Shown here: piece after piece, positions 23,806 through 36,243 of the stretch
How positions within the stretch are numbered: position 1 is the stretch's first letter
How the letters are laid out: each line of letters begins with the position of its first letter
NCBI RefSeq assembly: GCF_006345805.1
Contig: NW_021833262.1
Span: 1 to 64,000 of the forward strand
DNA: 64,000 bases
From: Octopus sinensis
Taxonomy: Eukaryota
Direction of reading: 5' to 3'
The notes under the pieces: model-generated
The model's database searches: none
The model's input: the letters and a program-made list of their open reading frames with translations, nothing else
Told to the model about the DNA's origin: nothing
Made by a program: the position numbers and the translations under genes

Positions 23806-24310
23806 ACTAGTGTCACCTAGTAACAATTTTTAATTGAAATGACAAAAAATGAGAATAAATAATAACTTTAATAAACTTAATTTAGAATCAGTTTTTGTTC
23901 TTTTTAAAAGCCCGTTCCTGGTTTTTTTCAATTTTTGTTAGGGCAGTTGATTTTAGTTGCATTATTTTTGGTTTACAGAGAAGATAATGAGAAGGCAGAC
24001 AAGAGATTATCTATCATTTCAAGATAATTATGACTTTAATACCTCTCCTGTTTTTGGTATAATAAATTTATCTACTGAAAAATTATCAACCATCACTTGA
24101 TACAAATAAATTCAATTTTTAAAATTAACTAAACTAATAATTTAAAAATAATAATTATTTTTCTAACCAAACAATTTGGCCCTTGTAGTTTACACCAACT
24201 AGAGATTAACAAGATATTTTAGTCAGTTTTCACCATAAGTATGTCCTACGTAGCCTACCTACATTGAACGTTATACACAAGGATTTAATTATTTTAAAGA
24301 ACATCAGTGT

Positions 24311-24688
24311 TTCTCCGAAAATGCAAACAATGGATCAGCTTCCCCGCACGCCAATCAATCTACCGGCAATTCATCGAACCCTCCCTTAGTTATGCTTGTG
24401 GGGCGTGTGGAGGGTTTATCAGTGAAACGAACCGCGTAAAAATCGAAAAAACCCAAGAAAGCTTTCGGAAAGCACTACAACGAGCGAATGAACATCTATT
24501 CATCGCCCCATTTAAAGAAATCTTAGGAAGAAACCTCGGGTCTAAAACTCCACCACCGCGCCTTCACAGAAACTGTGTCGGGACTAGGGAGGAGCACCGG
24601 GCAAAGATGAGGACCCTCCTCAGAGAAGCCGGGATCACCTGATTAATTAGTTTTATGTTTTGGACGGTGATCTTGGTTCTAATAATAA
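24311..24688 (+). mobile_element. 5'-truncated APE-type LINE with (TAA)n tail
   Basis: IYRQFIEPSLSYAC..KIEKTQ post-RT motif. 16-bp TSD TAAAGAACATCAGTGT at 24295-24310 and 24689-24704. Confidence 0.85.
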
Positions 24689-24949
24689 TAAAGAACATCA
24701 GTGTAATCTATTAACCAAACTTAAATAAAGCAGCCCCATAAAGTATCGGCTAAACTCAAAATTCAGTTTTCATTATCAAATATTCGTAATTACGATTAAT
24801 TCTTGCCTTTTCATGATTTTTTAATAAAAAACAAAAAAATCAGCCAGTCTCAGCATTGCCAGTATTAGAATCACACGAATTACCAATATTCAAGTAGTAA
24901 CTAATTTCTATGCGAAATCCCCTACGCCTATAGACTATAAACAAACTGT

Positions 24950-27830
24950 ATAAGTGCCACAGAACCATCATCATTTGAATCCACTCCCAAATCACAATCT
25001 CTCACTTCATTATTAACCACCTCAAATATCCGGATTAAATAATTCTAGTAGTATTACACAACTATCATCAACCGAAAAGTCATTTTTCGAAAGAATTCCT
25101 GATATAGATAAATGACATTTCTTTAAATGCTGCGAGACAGACCGTATGACTGAATTAATATTATTTCCCTCTTTTTTATTCCACTAACAAAAATACTACA
25201 AAACATACTTTTCTTACTTCATTCAACAACGGATTGCTAATCAAATTATATACTCTTTTATCAAGTTCAATCTGGTGTTTACCAATATCCTTTAAACACA
25301 ATACATTTAAAATATTACATTTCTAAGTTTTTCAAAGTGACTATTTATTTGTGGCTCGGAATTCTGTAAACCCGCAAACTTTATAAATAATTGTTGGATT
25401 GGTGGAATGACTTTGCCAATGAGTTCGACAGTTGACAAACAAGTGGCCATAATCTGCACATTCTGGGAAGACCCACGGATATACTTACTGAAAGATAACT
25501 GAGACAAATTTTGATAACACTGCAGATTAAATGTCTATTAGCAGTAATCCAACTACAACTAACTTTGATTAACTCAGAGGAGTTTATTGCAATCAACGTG
25601 GCTGTACATGGTAACGACTTGGCCAAACTCAAATACACAAATATAGTCTCAAAAAGCATCCTCGATGACCTACTATCAAACAAATAGCTCACTACAGTGT
25701 AAAAACATGAGTTTTGTTTCCAAACAGAATAACTTTTGAACATTCAGAACTTCCACTGCTGTCGTCATCTCTTTAAAAATAACGTTGTATAAAGCAAAAA
25801 CAAACGATGAAGAAAAATCAATTTCAGTAGCACCTGAACTATCCAGCAAACTAAAAGTGCGAATAAACAATTGAGAAGAATCCACAATTTTCCACTTTTC
25901 ATTCAAAACAGTTGAGCTGTGTTAAAATGAATAGAATAATACAAACCAAATAGACCGTAAACATTTTTCATGAAATAAATTTGTATACTTGGTAATCTAT
26001 ACACATAATTAAATAAATATACAAAGTCCGATAGTTTAAAACGTAAGGAAGAACTGATCTTCATATACGAATGATCTAATTCGGAGACATGAGTGATCAC
26101 ACTGTTGTAGATTGCAAATAAATCACCCCTGCGAATGTTCCCTAGTCAGAACACTGACTGTAATCATCACCAAATCACCTGAATTGCGCCGTTTATGAAC
26201 TCTCCAGCCAATTTAATACAGTGATTGCAATATTCGTGGTAGACAAGCATCAAGTCGTCAATAACCTTCTCTCTGATTCCATGTATCCCACCATTCCTCT
26301 CTCTATCCAATATTAAATAATAATTATCTCATTAAAACATTTTAAAAAATTACTTTAAAAAATCCTGTGAAGTAATAATCTCATTCACATAGTCAGTGAA
26401 TACCTAAGTATTGCTAATGTGATTATATACTTTAAAACGAGTGGACATAGAGACTATAATAGTCATTATACTATCAAGACAGCCAGTCCAAAATGTGACC
26501 GAATGTTCACTGCGGAGTCAATATAACCCCAATAACCTAAACTCGACTGCTTCTCCACTGAGTTTGTCCTTAAATATAGAAGACTAAACAAACTTTGACA
26601 AAAGAATCGATCGCTGAGATGGCTTCAGTAAGAATAATCCTCACAAAGACAAATCTACGCTTATACAAATAAGCAAAAATATAATTTAGGACTCTCTAAG
26701 ATATACTAAACAATCCCAACCTGTTTATACTCCTCCAAAGTCGAGACACCTCTGAAATATGAACTGCACAAATCCGTGAAATGGTCTGTCAAAACATTCT
26801 CAAGATTCCACGACGTAGAAGCCATCAATTCACTCACATTGCTTAGAATATATAAACATACTACCCCAGTGCATTTATCCCAATCAGATCATTAGTAAAT
26901 AATTCTTTAATGCAGTCAATCTTAATAAACACTCCATAAAAGTCCTGATTATCCAGTAATTCTCTGATTGTAGAATTTGCTGATTTTACAGAGAAAATTG
27001 TCTCGATCTAAAAGTCAAGCACAGGTCATACAATTTTTAATAGTTTTTTGAAGTTGTTCTTGACATGACACAATTTGGATAACTTTGTGGGAAGGACGTG
27101 GAGGAGATCTTCCTCAAATAGTCTTAACTTGTGTCTAAATCATTATTTATTAGTACCCGACCTAAGTTTGCTAATTGAAGACTGAATTTGAGAAATATTG
27201 TCGTGTATCTCGTCGTGGGTGAGAACCGCGTGGAAAAACTTTCCAGAACGTTGTCCTACGTTGAGGGAAATTTGTTGTTCGATAGCGTCGGCATGTGTGG
27301 TCATCTGGACTGGTCATAGACACGATACTAGCTCGTGCATTTTTAGGAATTCGGAGGTCAGTTCTCCCTCTGAGTGAAATAGATTCGATGGGAATATTTC
27401 ACGGAAAATTGACTCTCGGCATAGTTCAAAGTCATTTTCGAAAAATATCTAAAATGTATATATTTGGGGACTTGTGGGACTTCCTTCAAATAGTTCATTT
27501 GGTCTACATATTACAGCATATATTACTCAAAGGAGTACTAATCTGCATTCCGTGGCTCATATATGTATATTTCTAAAGTGGATGTGTAGAATGTACATCT
27601 TTGACAAGTTTGAAGTCGTGTTTGGCTGAATTTACATCAAACGTCTCAGCACAACGAGAATTTACAAATTTATGTCCCCAATCGTCAGAGAGAAATGTTT
27701 GTGGAAGGCTGCTGTTTGGGACAGAGCCAAGTAAGGTAGTAAGACAAGCCTATTTATATTACATATGAGCATACATCGGGCTTAGGTAAGCGTCCATTGA
27801 GTGAAGAGATGTAACTGACACCTTTTAAAA
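24950..27830 (-). CDS. Large uncharacterised multi-exon gene
   Basis: Consecutive minus-strand coding-like segments joined by short GT-AG introns (e.g. GTCGGGTACTAATAAATAATGATTTAG near 27140-27165). Full model not resolved. Confidence 0.5.
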
Positions 27831-28479
27831 TAACCAAAGTATATATACGCTCTTTTTTTATTTCGAGATGATGTTCACCATGAGGTATAGCGGGTCTGTT
27901 CATCTATATTAGTTTGTATATTTTTATTTAAAATATATTTAATTATTTCAACTTAATTAATTTTAAAGATTTGTATGAAAAATTCATAAAATATATTTAG
28001 GTTGAGATTTAAAAAATTAATTTATTCATTTTATTATAATGAAGCAATACATAAAAGCGAGTATTTCAGAAGATATAACTCACTGATGAGGTGCATTTCC
28101 TTAATCTTTTTATGAAATATGGAATCGGCATAGTAAAAAATTGTCAAAAATATTTAGTTCAGTCAATTATATCTGCAAAATGGTTTGTCTTTTTTGGTTC
28201 ATTGTTTTCTGTAAAATTTTCGGTACTTGTAGATTTCATGCTGCACGAAATAAGGCTCTAACTTAATTTTGGAAAATTTTTTTGATTAAAAATATGATAT
28301 TTTAAAAGAAATTACAATGCCGAATTTATAAATATTATTATAAATTTTTTAAAAAAAAATTTAAATTCTTAACGTCTTAATGGTGTTAAGACTATACCGA
28401 CAAAGACTATACGACAATTTTCTAATGTCTGTCTCTTATTTCACTTTTTTGGTTGTGACCGGCAATAGACTTTTGGTGC

Positions 28480-29100
28480 TCATAGCCAACCTTTGCCAAA
28501 CAATTGTTTTGGAAATATTTTTGAGACAGCTAGGTTATTTCTGTTTTTGGCTAATTTTATTGCTATGAACAAGCCGGACGGTGACATTCGCCATATAGCA
28601 ACGTTTGAGAAGACTTTCTGTCAAAATCGGAGGTTTAAAAATTGTCTTTTCTGCCAGCAAATTTTTGCTATCTTTTCAGCGGAGGGTTGTATTAACTGGG
28701 CTTTTGAACCTGCCGCTCATGGCATCTGTCACATTTTTCTTCGAAACAAAATTCCTTTTCTCTTAAAAATTGATGTCTCAAATACGTTTAAATCAGTCCG
28801 CCGTGATCATCTTATCGAAGATGTTTACACTAATTTTTTCTGTTTATTTCCCATTTCCCACGTTGCCCACTCTGTCCAGGTTATTTTTTATCTGGAGATA
28901 GTATCATTTGGTTTAAATCGGAAATCAATTTTTGGTACTTGACACGTCACCTTTGAGGGGCCATAAGGTTTTGAGTGACGTCGTCTAGGTCATTTCCTGT
29001 TATTTGATGACGGGTCTATCGCTCAACAGGAATTAGTCGAGGTAATCAGGATTGCCGAAGGCATTCCCAATTTCAATAGATCATTTTCTGCTATTTACAG
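28480..29100 (+). mobile_element. Degenerate CRE-clade reverse transcriptase fragment
   Basis: FIAMNKPDGDIRHIA and LKIDVSNTFKSVRRD resemble CRE RT motifs. Confidence 0.75.
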
Positions 29101-29699
29101 GATCATCAAAGATTTTTCAGATACAAATATTTAAGATCTAACTGTATCTGGTTTTCAGTCAAATTGTTTGATTGCATGATCAATAGGATTTTGTTTCTGA
29201 GTACTCGTTTGGGCCTCTTTTTCTTAAAAAATTGTCTTTTATTTTGAAACTTACTTTGTTTTGTTTCCTCCGAAGCCCTGTCTAGAATCAATGAAGTAAT
29301 TTCTTACACCTTGCAGGTTCAAAGAGTATCCGGTCTTGTAAAGACTAGACTTTTCCGTCTTTCAGATGGGGATTGCTATTTCGCGATTTTCCCAACTCTG
29401 TTCTTCTCCGAAAACCTGGAATTGTCAGATTCCTGACTACTTTTGGCATCTGGTTCGACTTAAAACTGGAAATTTCTCGATTCTCTTCTTTACTTCAATT
29501 TCTGTTAATACAATAAACCCTCTTGAATCCGCCATTTTTGATTACTGCCTGAAATGTGGCGAATTCGAGGGGGCTTATCGATTTTTTAATTATTTCCTTA
29601 TGAACGCATGAAAAATTGTTTATTTGAAAAAATCAGTAATTTTACTTTTTAATCTAAATTTTCTTAGTTTTTACTAATTTATTCTAACATGTTTAAAGT

Positions 29700-31100
29700 T
29701 TCCATGTTTATCAAATTCAGTTTAAAATAGTCCAATGCGCGAAAATAATCTACAATATCCATATTTTCATTTTTGTCGGTCTCAATTACATTTGTCATCA
29801 ATCCTATCATTGCGAGAAACTTTCGAAATTGTATCATCTTGAAACATTTCAATTAATTCGTTTTTTCACTGTAGCCGTATTCAATAAAATCCTGCTCAGT
29901 CAATGGGTCGTTAATTTGTAATTTTTGTTTAGACTAGGTTTGGTTATCCAATTATGTCGTGTCCGACCGTTGGAGATCCCATAAGCTAATTTTCTCCACT
30001 TATCTCGGTCATTCGCGATTTCGAGAAGTATTGATAAAGGCAATCCCGTGACTAGCTATCGAGTTATCTGTCGGCCGAGACTTCTCTTCCCAGTAATTTT
30101 GCTCAGCATAATGGTTCTTTTCATTGAATTAGAGTGGGCGACATGTCTAAAGAACGCCTATTTGTGTTTTACGATTTTTCCTCATTTTTTGCATGCTTAC
30201 TTGAAACAATTTTAAATTGTTTTGGTTCTACATTTTTATGAAAAAATGAGTGAAAAATATTGAATTCATTAATATAACAGACTTGTATGCACTAAAAGAG
30301 TCTACGCCAACTTCAATTTTGTTAATAATTTAATTGAACTATAATTTGTTAAAATTTCCTTCAACAAATTTAATGACTCCTCTGTCTAGTGGCCGCAAAA
30401 GTGAAATTGATCTCGCGTGTAAAAAATAAAACTTCAATTCTCTTCAGAGTAAATGCTATTTTATGTGACGGGAAACGAACAATAACCAACAAAATGTTTT
30501 TTTTCTTATCTATTTTGAGTTCCCATTTAATTGATTAAAAAAATTTTGTATCCATCCATGCTCTGTTTGAATTTGTATATGCGAGATAAATTTCAATATT
30601 ATTTTCTTTGAAACATCCGGGTTTCTTTTATTTCTCTATCATTAATAGATGTCGGATCCGTTTGTATTAGTGCATAGCATAATTGAAAATCTGTCTTTTA
30701 CCATTTTGAAACCATTTTTTGGCTTTGTGCATACACTTTGTGAAGGAATTGTTTTGTAAAAAATTTATGTTTCCTCAGCGTTGTGTAAATTTTCAATTTC
30801 ATATTTTAGATTTTATCTTTGATCAAAAAAAATCATTAATAAATTTTTCCTTCGGTTTGCAATTTTCTTAATTTTTGATCATGTCATTAAAATTTTTCCA
30901 GCCAGCCTTCAAATTAAACCAAAAAACACAAAAATCTGCACTTGCTTTATAACTGAATAATCCCTCCATTTCTGCAAAAAAGTGCAGACCTATTGACTAT
31001 CGAGTGGAAAAAATGATTACCAAACACAGGCATGGAATCAAAATTACTAAAGAGGAGAGAAATTCAGGCAGTATCCTCATAATTTAAGAAAATTATTTTT
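29700..31100 (-). mobile_element. Highly decayed pogo/Tigger transposase copy
   Basis: YKAS.GWLEKF, IYNAEET*IFYKTIPS, KDRFSIMLCTN.NGSD and RAWMD motifs, collinear with the copy at 36244-38162. Confidence 0.8.
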
Positions 31101-31319
31101 ATGAAGACAGTATGATAAGTGAAGAACAAGAGGCGTCATTAATATGTAAAGTAAGGATAAAAGAGAGGCGGTGGTCATTTCTTTTTCTAAAGAAAAATTA
31201 AACTCAAAAAATAGCAAGTTAATTAATTAATCATTTTGAATTAGTCAAAAATAAATAAAACATACTATTTTATTGAACTATTAATTTATAATAAATTTGT
31301 TTTAGTGTGTCATATCAAT

Positions 31320-32634
31320 ATGAGGAATGTTAGGCTGATATTATCCCGCACATTTACTTATAGAAGTGTGGGAGTATCTCCTAATGCTCTCCCCATTCTA
31401 TTTCCTGAAGATACTCTCATGAATAATTATTTCACCGACGTGTATAACAAATATATCAAACTCGGAAGACGCCAAACTCAATATGAGAATGAAATTCTCC
31501 AATTTGATGAAATATACACTGAAATATGTAATTTAGTGAAACTATTGGAATACAGAGAAGAGTTAACAAAAGTCATAAGTATAGTATACTATTTTTCAGT
31601 CTTAGAAACAGGCGACGATATTAGCGAGTTAGCAGAAAATGAAATGTCCTCCAACTTTGAGCGGATAGAAGAAGGAAAAAATAAAGTAACTCTACAAATA
31701 TAGTCTATTATTTTTATGTTTCAATTTAATCTTGTATATATAAAATATAAATTATTTTATTAGTAATAAAAATTAATTTCCGATCTATTTTCAATTAGTT
31801 AATTCAAGTTTCATGTCAGAAAATAATGCACGATGATACCTCGGTAATTATCGAAGTGGTGGATGGAGTAGGAGGGTCCGAGTCAAACATATTCAGTAGA
31901 GAACTGCTATCCTTGTACCGTCGATTGGCGGAGGATAACAACCTGTCATACAATTGTGTTAGTCAAAATGAAGCCCAAATAAGTGGAGGTGGTGTATATG
32001 GTCTCTTTGGCCATGAAGGAGGAGTTCATAGAGTTCAGCGTGTACCACTGACTGAACGAAGTGGTCGTGTCCATACAAGCACAGTAGCAGTTTGTGTACG
32101 TCCAATGTTTTCTCAGGTTCTGCAAGTGATCATTACTAAAGGTGGATGTGACTTTGACTGAGAAAGATGTCGAAATCCAGACCTTCCGTGCCTCGGGACG
32201 CGGAGGCCAACATGTTAACAAATCTAACACAGCAGTCCGCATAGTCCATAAGCAGACTGGGATTGGAGTAGATAACCAAGAAGAGAGGTCCTTGCCTGCA
32301 AATTTGAAGAGGGCAATGTCTAATTTACGAAAACGGTATTTGAATGATGATGAATGACAGAATTGAAAATATTGAGGAAAGGAAGATGAATGAAGTGATG
32401 GAGGGGCAGAGAAGTGCTCATTTGGCTAATCGGGAACGTTCTCAAAAAATTCGTACTTACAACCAGCCACAAAACAGGATTACCGACCACCGAATATCTC
32501 ATTCGATTTTTGGCTACAACGATTTTTTCACTCGTTCCGATAAATTGGCTGAATTAGTGAATGTGCTTAATCTAAATTCTCCCATTTCTCTGCTTAGAAA
32601 TTATATCGAACATTTTAATAAAACGAGTATTTAG
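31320..32634 (+). CDS. MTRF1L: Mitochondrial class-1 peptide chain release factor (RF1 type)
   Basis: Basic N-terminal presequence-like segment, GGVHRVQRVPLTE (PxT motif), FRASGRGGQHVNK, RSQKIRTYN and short introns. Confidence 0.88.
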
Positions 32635-33344
32635 ATACAAGATTATTATTAAAAAATTTAAAGTGTTTTTTCTATAGTGTTAACGTTTAGGTTCTCAATT
32701 TACATTGTAAAATTTACATTGTAGTATTTAATTTTTTACACCATTGTTTTTATTTTTATGTAAGAGCTATAAATATTGGTTATACAAAATGATTTATTGA
32801 AGTGATTGAATGAAATCGGACAAGAACGCTATTTTAAGTAATACTTACATTCCAGTGATTTTTGTGAGCTACCCCATCTTCACTCAAACATCTAACGTAA
32901 TATCTTATTGTTTTTATAGGATAAATTGTTAAATGTCATATCATTCTAGAATTACATTAGAACTAACATCATTATTTAAATACCTACGGCTTCTCATTTA
33001 GAGACTCTCGATCGCTAAATTCTTTGGCTATAGACTGTCATTAATTATTTGACTTTTTGAAATAAGTTAGTGTTCTAAAATTTTGTATTTTGGCTTACAT
33101 GAAATAAACTTACATATATTTATTCCTTTTAACGATTTAAAAGAGTTTTTCATCCAATAGATAACAACTTAGTATACTAAAAATAGTGATCGAATTTCAA
33201 TTTCTAATTCAACTGAATTTTATGATAAAGCTAAAAAATTACTTAGATAGAGATAACCAAAAAGTGCTGATGGACTTCACAATTCGACTGTTATCAACGA
33301 ACTTTGAATAAGAACTTAAAGTAAGTATTAATTAATTAATTTTC

Positions 33345-33580
33345 TTCTTGGTCGGTACATCCTCTATTTGCACAGTGATTCCGGTAGGCAAGCTTCAACG
33401 TGGAGACTGTGGATTACAAGAACATCACCTTCACTGTCCTCGACATTGGTGGACAGGTCAACATCTGCAGTCTGTGGAGTCATTTCTACGAGGGGTCCCA
33501 GGTAGTCTACGTGCGTCACTTAAGGGACTCATCTATGTCGTCGACTCCAATGACCGACAGAGATCGCGATCAACACAAGG
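33345..33580 (+). pseudogene. ADP-ribosylation factor (ARF) gene fragment
   Basis: [31 protein letters not shown], then a 23-nt intron, then [11 protein letters not shown]. No N- or C-terminus found. Confidence 0.8.
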
Positions 33581-33635
33581 ACATTAAGACATTTTCCTCT
33601 ATTAAAATCAAGAATGTATTGCAAATAAAATTATA

Positions 33636-34843
33636 TTATATAATGCTGCAAAAACGAGATCGGTTTTTAGAAGGTTTTCGGAAATTAAATTTTTTAGAGG
33701 AAATAAATTTGATGGACGGTTTCCTGTTGGGCCTATTCTTTAAATTGTGAAGCAAAATGCGGAAAGTGCCTGCGACCGATCCGCGAGTGTTCATTTTATT
33801 CCTAAAAATGACCTCATTGTCAATTCCCAGGTCGTTGAGCATGTCTTTGGCCCGGAGTTCTGTCTCTGTGACTGAAGGACGGTCGAAGGCAGGATAAAGT
33901 AACTTTTTCTGATGGGAATGGCGAGGAGTCTGCCATTCTATCCACTCAAACTGGCATATTCGATCGACCTCCGGTCTGGTGTGTGGGTCGGGTTGAAGGA
34001 GTGCGGAGAGGACTTGTTTGCACGTGTCAGAGATTTTGGAGTGAATGTGTAGGGAGGCCGCTCTGACAATTGCAGTGTCCTCGGGGAAGATGAAGGTCCC
34101 ACTAATCATATAGTAGAGGAGCACTCCCAACGCCCACACATCAACTTTGAATCCGTCATATGGTAGTTTCATGACCAACTCGGGGGCGGAATAAGCGAGA
34201 GTGCCGCAGGGGACAGTGAGGAGACAGTCCGAGCTGTATTTAGTGGCAAACCCAAAGTCGGCCAGTTTGAGGACATTGTCTCCGAAAAGTATATTTTCTG
34301 CTTTGATGTCTCTGTGAGCATACTCCCGAGAGTGCTGCCATTTTACTTCACAGTCCTCACCACATACTCCACTGCGCCCACTACTTGTCGGAAGTAGGCC
34401 AAACATCCACCCTCCCCCAAACCCCCCGACCTCCTGATTAGTCCGTCCAGGTCTCCGTTCGGGGCATATTCCATTATCATGTGCAGTTTATCCGTCGTCT
34501 CGATTACCTACGGAGAGCACTCACGTTACTTCAAATAGACTCAAAATGTTCGGGTGACTCAGGTCCTCCAAAATCTGGATTTCCTTCCTCAAAAACTCCA
34601 ATTCTTCCTCTTTTTGTTTTCGTTTTAATATTATTTTCACGGCCACGGGGCCTACGTGTTGTCGGGGGACTTACTGTTGGTGAGCGCGTGCTGTGCCAGT
34701 TTCACTTTCGAAAAGTTTCCCTTTCCAATATTCTTAATGAACTTGTACAGTCCAATTCTCTGTCCAAAAATGAATTCTTTCTTTACATTCTCGGACCAGA
34801 GATTCCGAGACTTGAATTGTTGGTATTTGTCATTAGAGGTCAT
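33636..34843 (-). CDS. NIM1K: NIM1-like Ser/Thr kinase (AMPK-related)
   Basis: [48 protein letters not shown] and C-terminal FCSII. Introns of 23, 22 and 26 nt restore the kinase domain. Confidence 0.88.
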
Positions 34844-35408
34844 TTGTGTGTGTACAAGTCATGTCATTTAAATGACTATTGATTTATCCACACAATACGT
34901 CTAACGAACTCACACAACAACCCTCCATGTGGGGAAGAGGGGTCGATCACTGTGTAGACTGTGCAATATTAAGCAGCCCGTTTCACAATTTCTCAAAGTG
35001 ACATCTGAGAATACTCCTCCTAATAACGATGTTATTTCTCACAAATCAAGAGATCCTTATGCAACATTGAGGGACGCAGAACGCCTTTTCCGGGAAAATT
35101 GGAAGCCTCCTCAATGGCTAAGTTCTTTCTGATTTGATTTTCCACAATGGGCTTTTATAGTCTCAACGCTATTAGTCTCTTTCTAATTGAACACACAAGT
35201 CTCCTATTTCGTTTTTTGTACAACTGAATAAAGATTGCTTTAAACTGACGGAGTGACAAGTTTGAGCCATTTTTTCCTACTGCCTGGTTTGCATTGTACG
35301 TTTTTCTTTTCTTGACACTTACCTATTTAATTGTCAAATTTTCAATTTGTGACAATTTCCAATAATATTATTCAAATTTATTAATAAGTTTTCGCGTCGA
35401 ATGACTAT

Positions 35409-36000
35409 ATGGATTTCATTTTATGTTTCACTTGTCTAATTCTGACAACGAGTGTAATTGACTATCAGAAAACTTTCCAACTGGATTGTGCCAACTTTAA
35501 CTTCAAACTGAACTATAATCAGGGCTGTTTAATCCTGCAATCTGCCAGTTCTCGTTATGAAGATATTGTCTTGAACACCCGACTCAGTCCCCTACAAGAG
35601 CACAGTGCACCCAAACATGAGCAAAGTATATATTTGGTGGATTAATTCATAAGGGAGCCTATAGCAAGGAATTGGTTTATACGCCAGACGATATCAAGGA
35701 GATTGTTCAATATGCGGCCTTAAGGGGGATTAGGGTCATCCCTCAGTTTAATTTGTTTGGTAAAAGTCTCACTAATATAACAGATGATCTATTTCCGTTG
35801 CGCAAAGAATACCTGACATAGTATTATCCAACGGAATTATGAACTATCGAATAAATAAATCCACCACTTTCTTATTGAAATTAATAGACGAGTTAGAACA
35901 ACTATTTCCAGACGAATATTTTTACGTGAAAATGCCAAAATTCCCGTACCTAATTTTTTTCATTTCATTGACAGAATGTTTGTTTTAAAAAGTCACTTTT
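35409..36000 (+). CDS. Divergent, shortened beta-hexosaminidase (GH20)-like gene or pseudogene
   Basis: Signal-peptide-like start and GAYSKELVYTPDDIKEIVQYAALRGIRVIP. LFPDEYFYVKMP replaces the usual FPD.Y.H.GGDE motif. 3' end unresolved. Confidence 0.65.
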
Positions 36001-36243
36001 AAAGCAAATAGAATAAACCGCAAAATTATATATGATCCAACCCCTACTTCGGTGATGACCCTCACGAGCCTTTGAGATATTATTATGACGGGGACCGTAA
36101 TCAGGACATTTTTCTTATTGTTTCAGTCTGACACGATGATCTAAAAGGAGAAAAATCAGAATCAACCGGTAAATTTAACGGGGAATCAGGACGTTTTGTA
36201 CAGAGTTCAAATAAAAATAATTTTGAAAAATCTAAAAAGACTA

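Noticed and set aside
24950-27830. MMS22L identity
   Set aside because: Only two weak by-eye similarities; not enough to name the gene.
29300-29560. Possible Crypton-like N-terminus (MADSRGFIVLTEIE) on the minus strand
   Set aside because: The frame is broken by stops and no recombinase motif follows.
31320-32634. RF1 as bacterial contamination or recent horizontal transfer
   Set aside because: It has host-type micro-introns and an N-terminal presequence-like extension, so it fits a nuclear-encoded mitochondrial factor.
34929-35132. Short GTG-start ORF divergent from NIM1K
   Set aside because: No recognisable motif or splice support.
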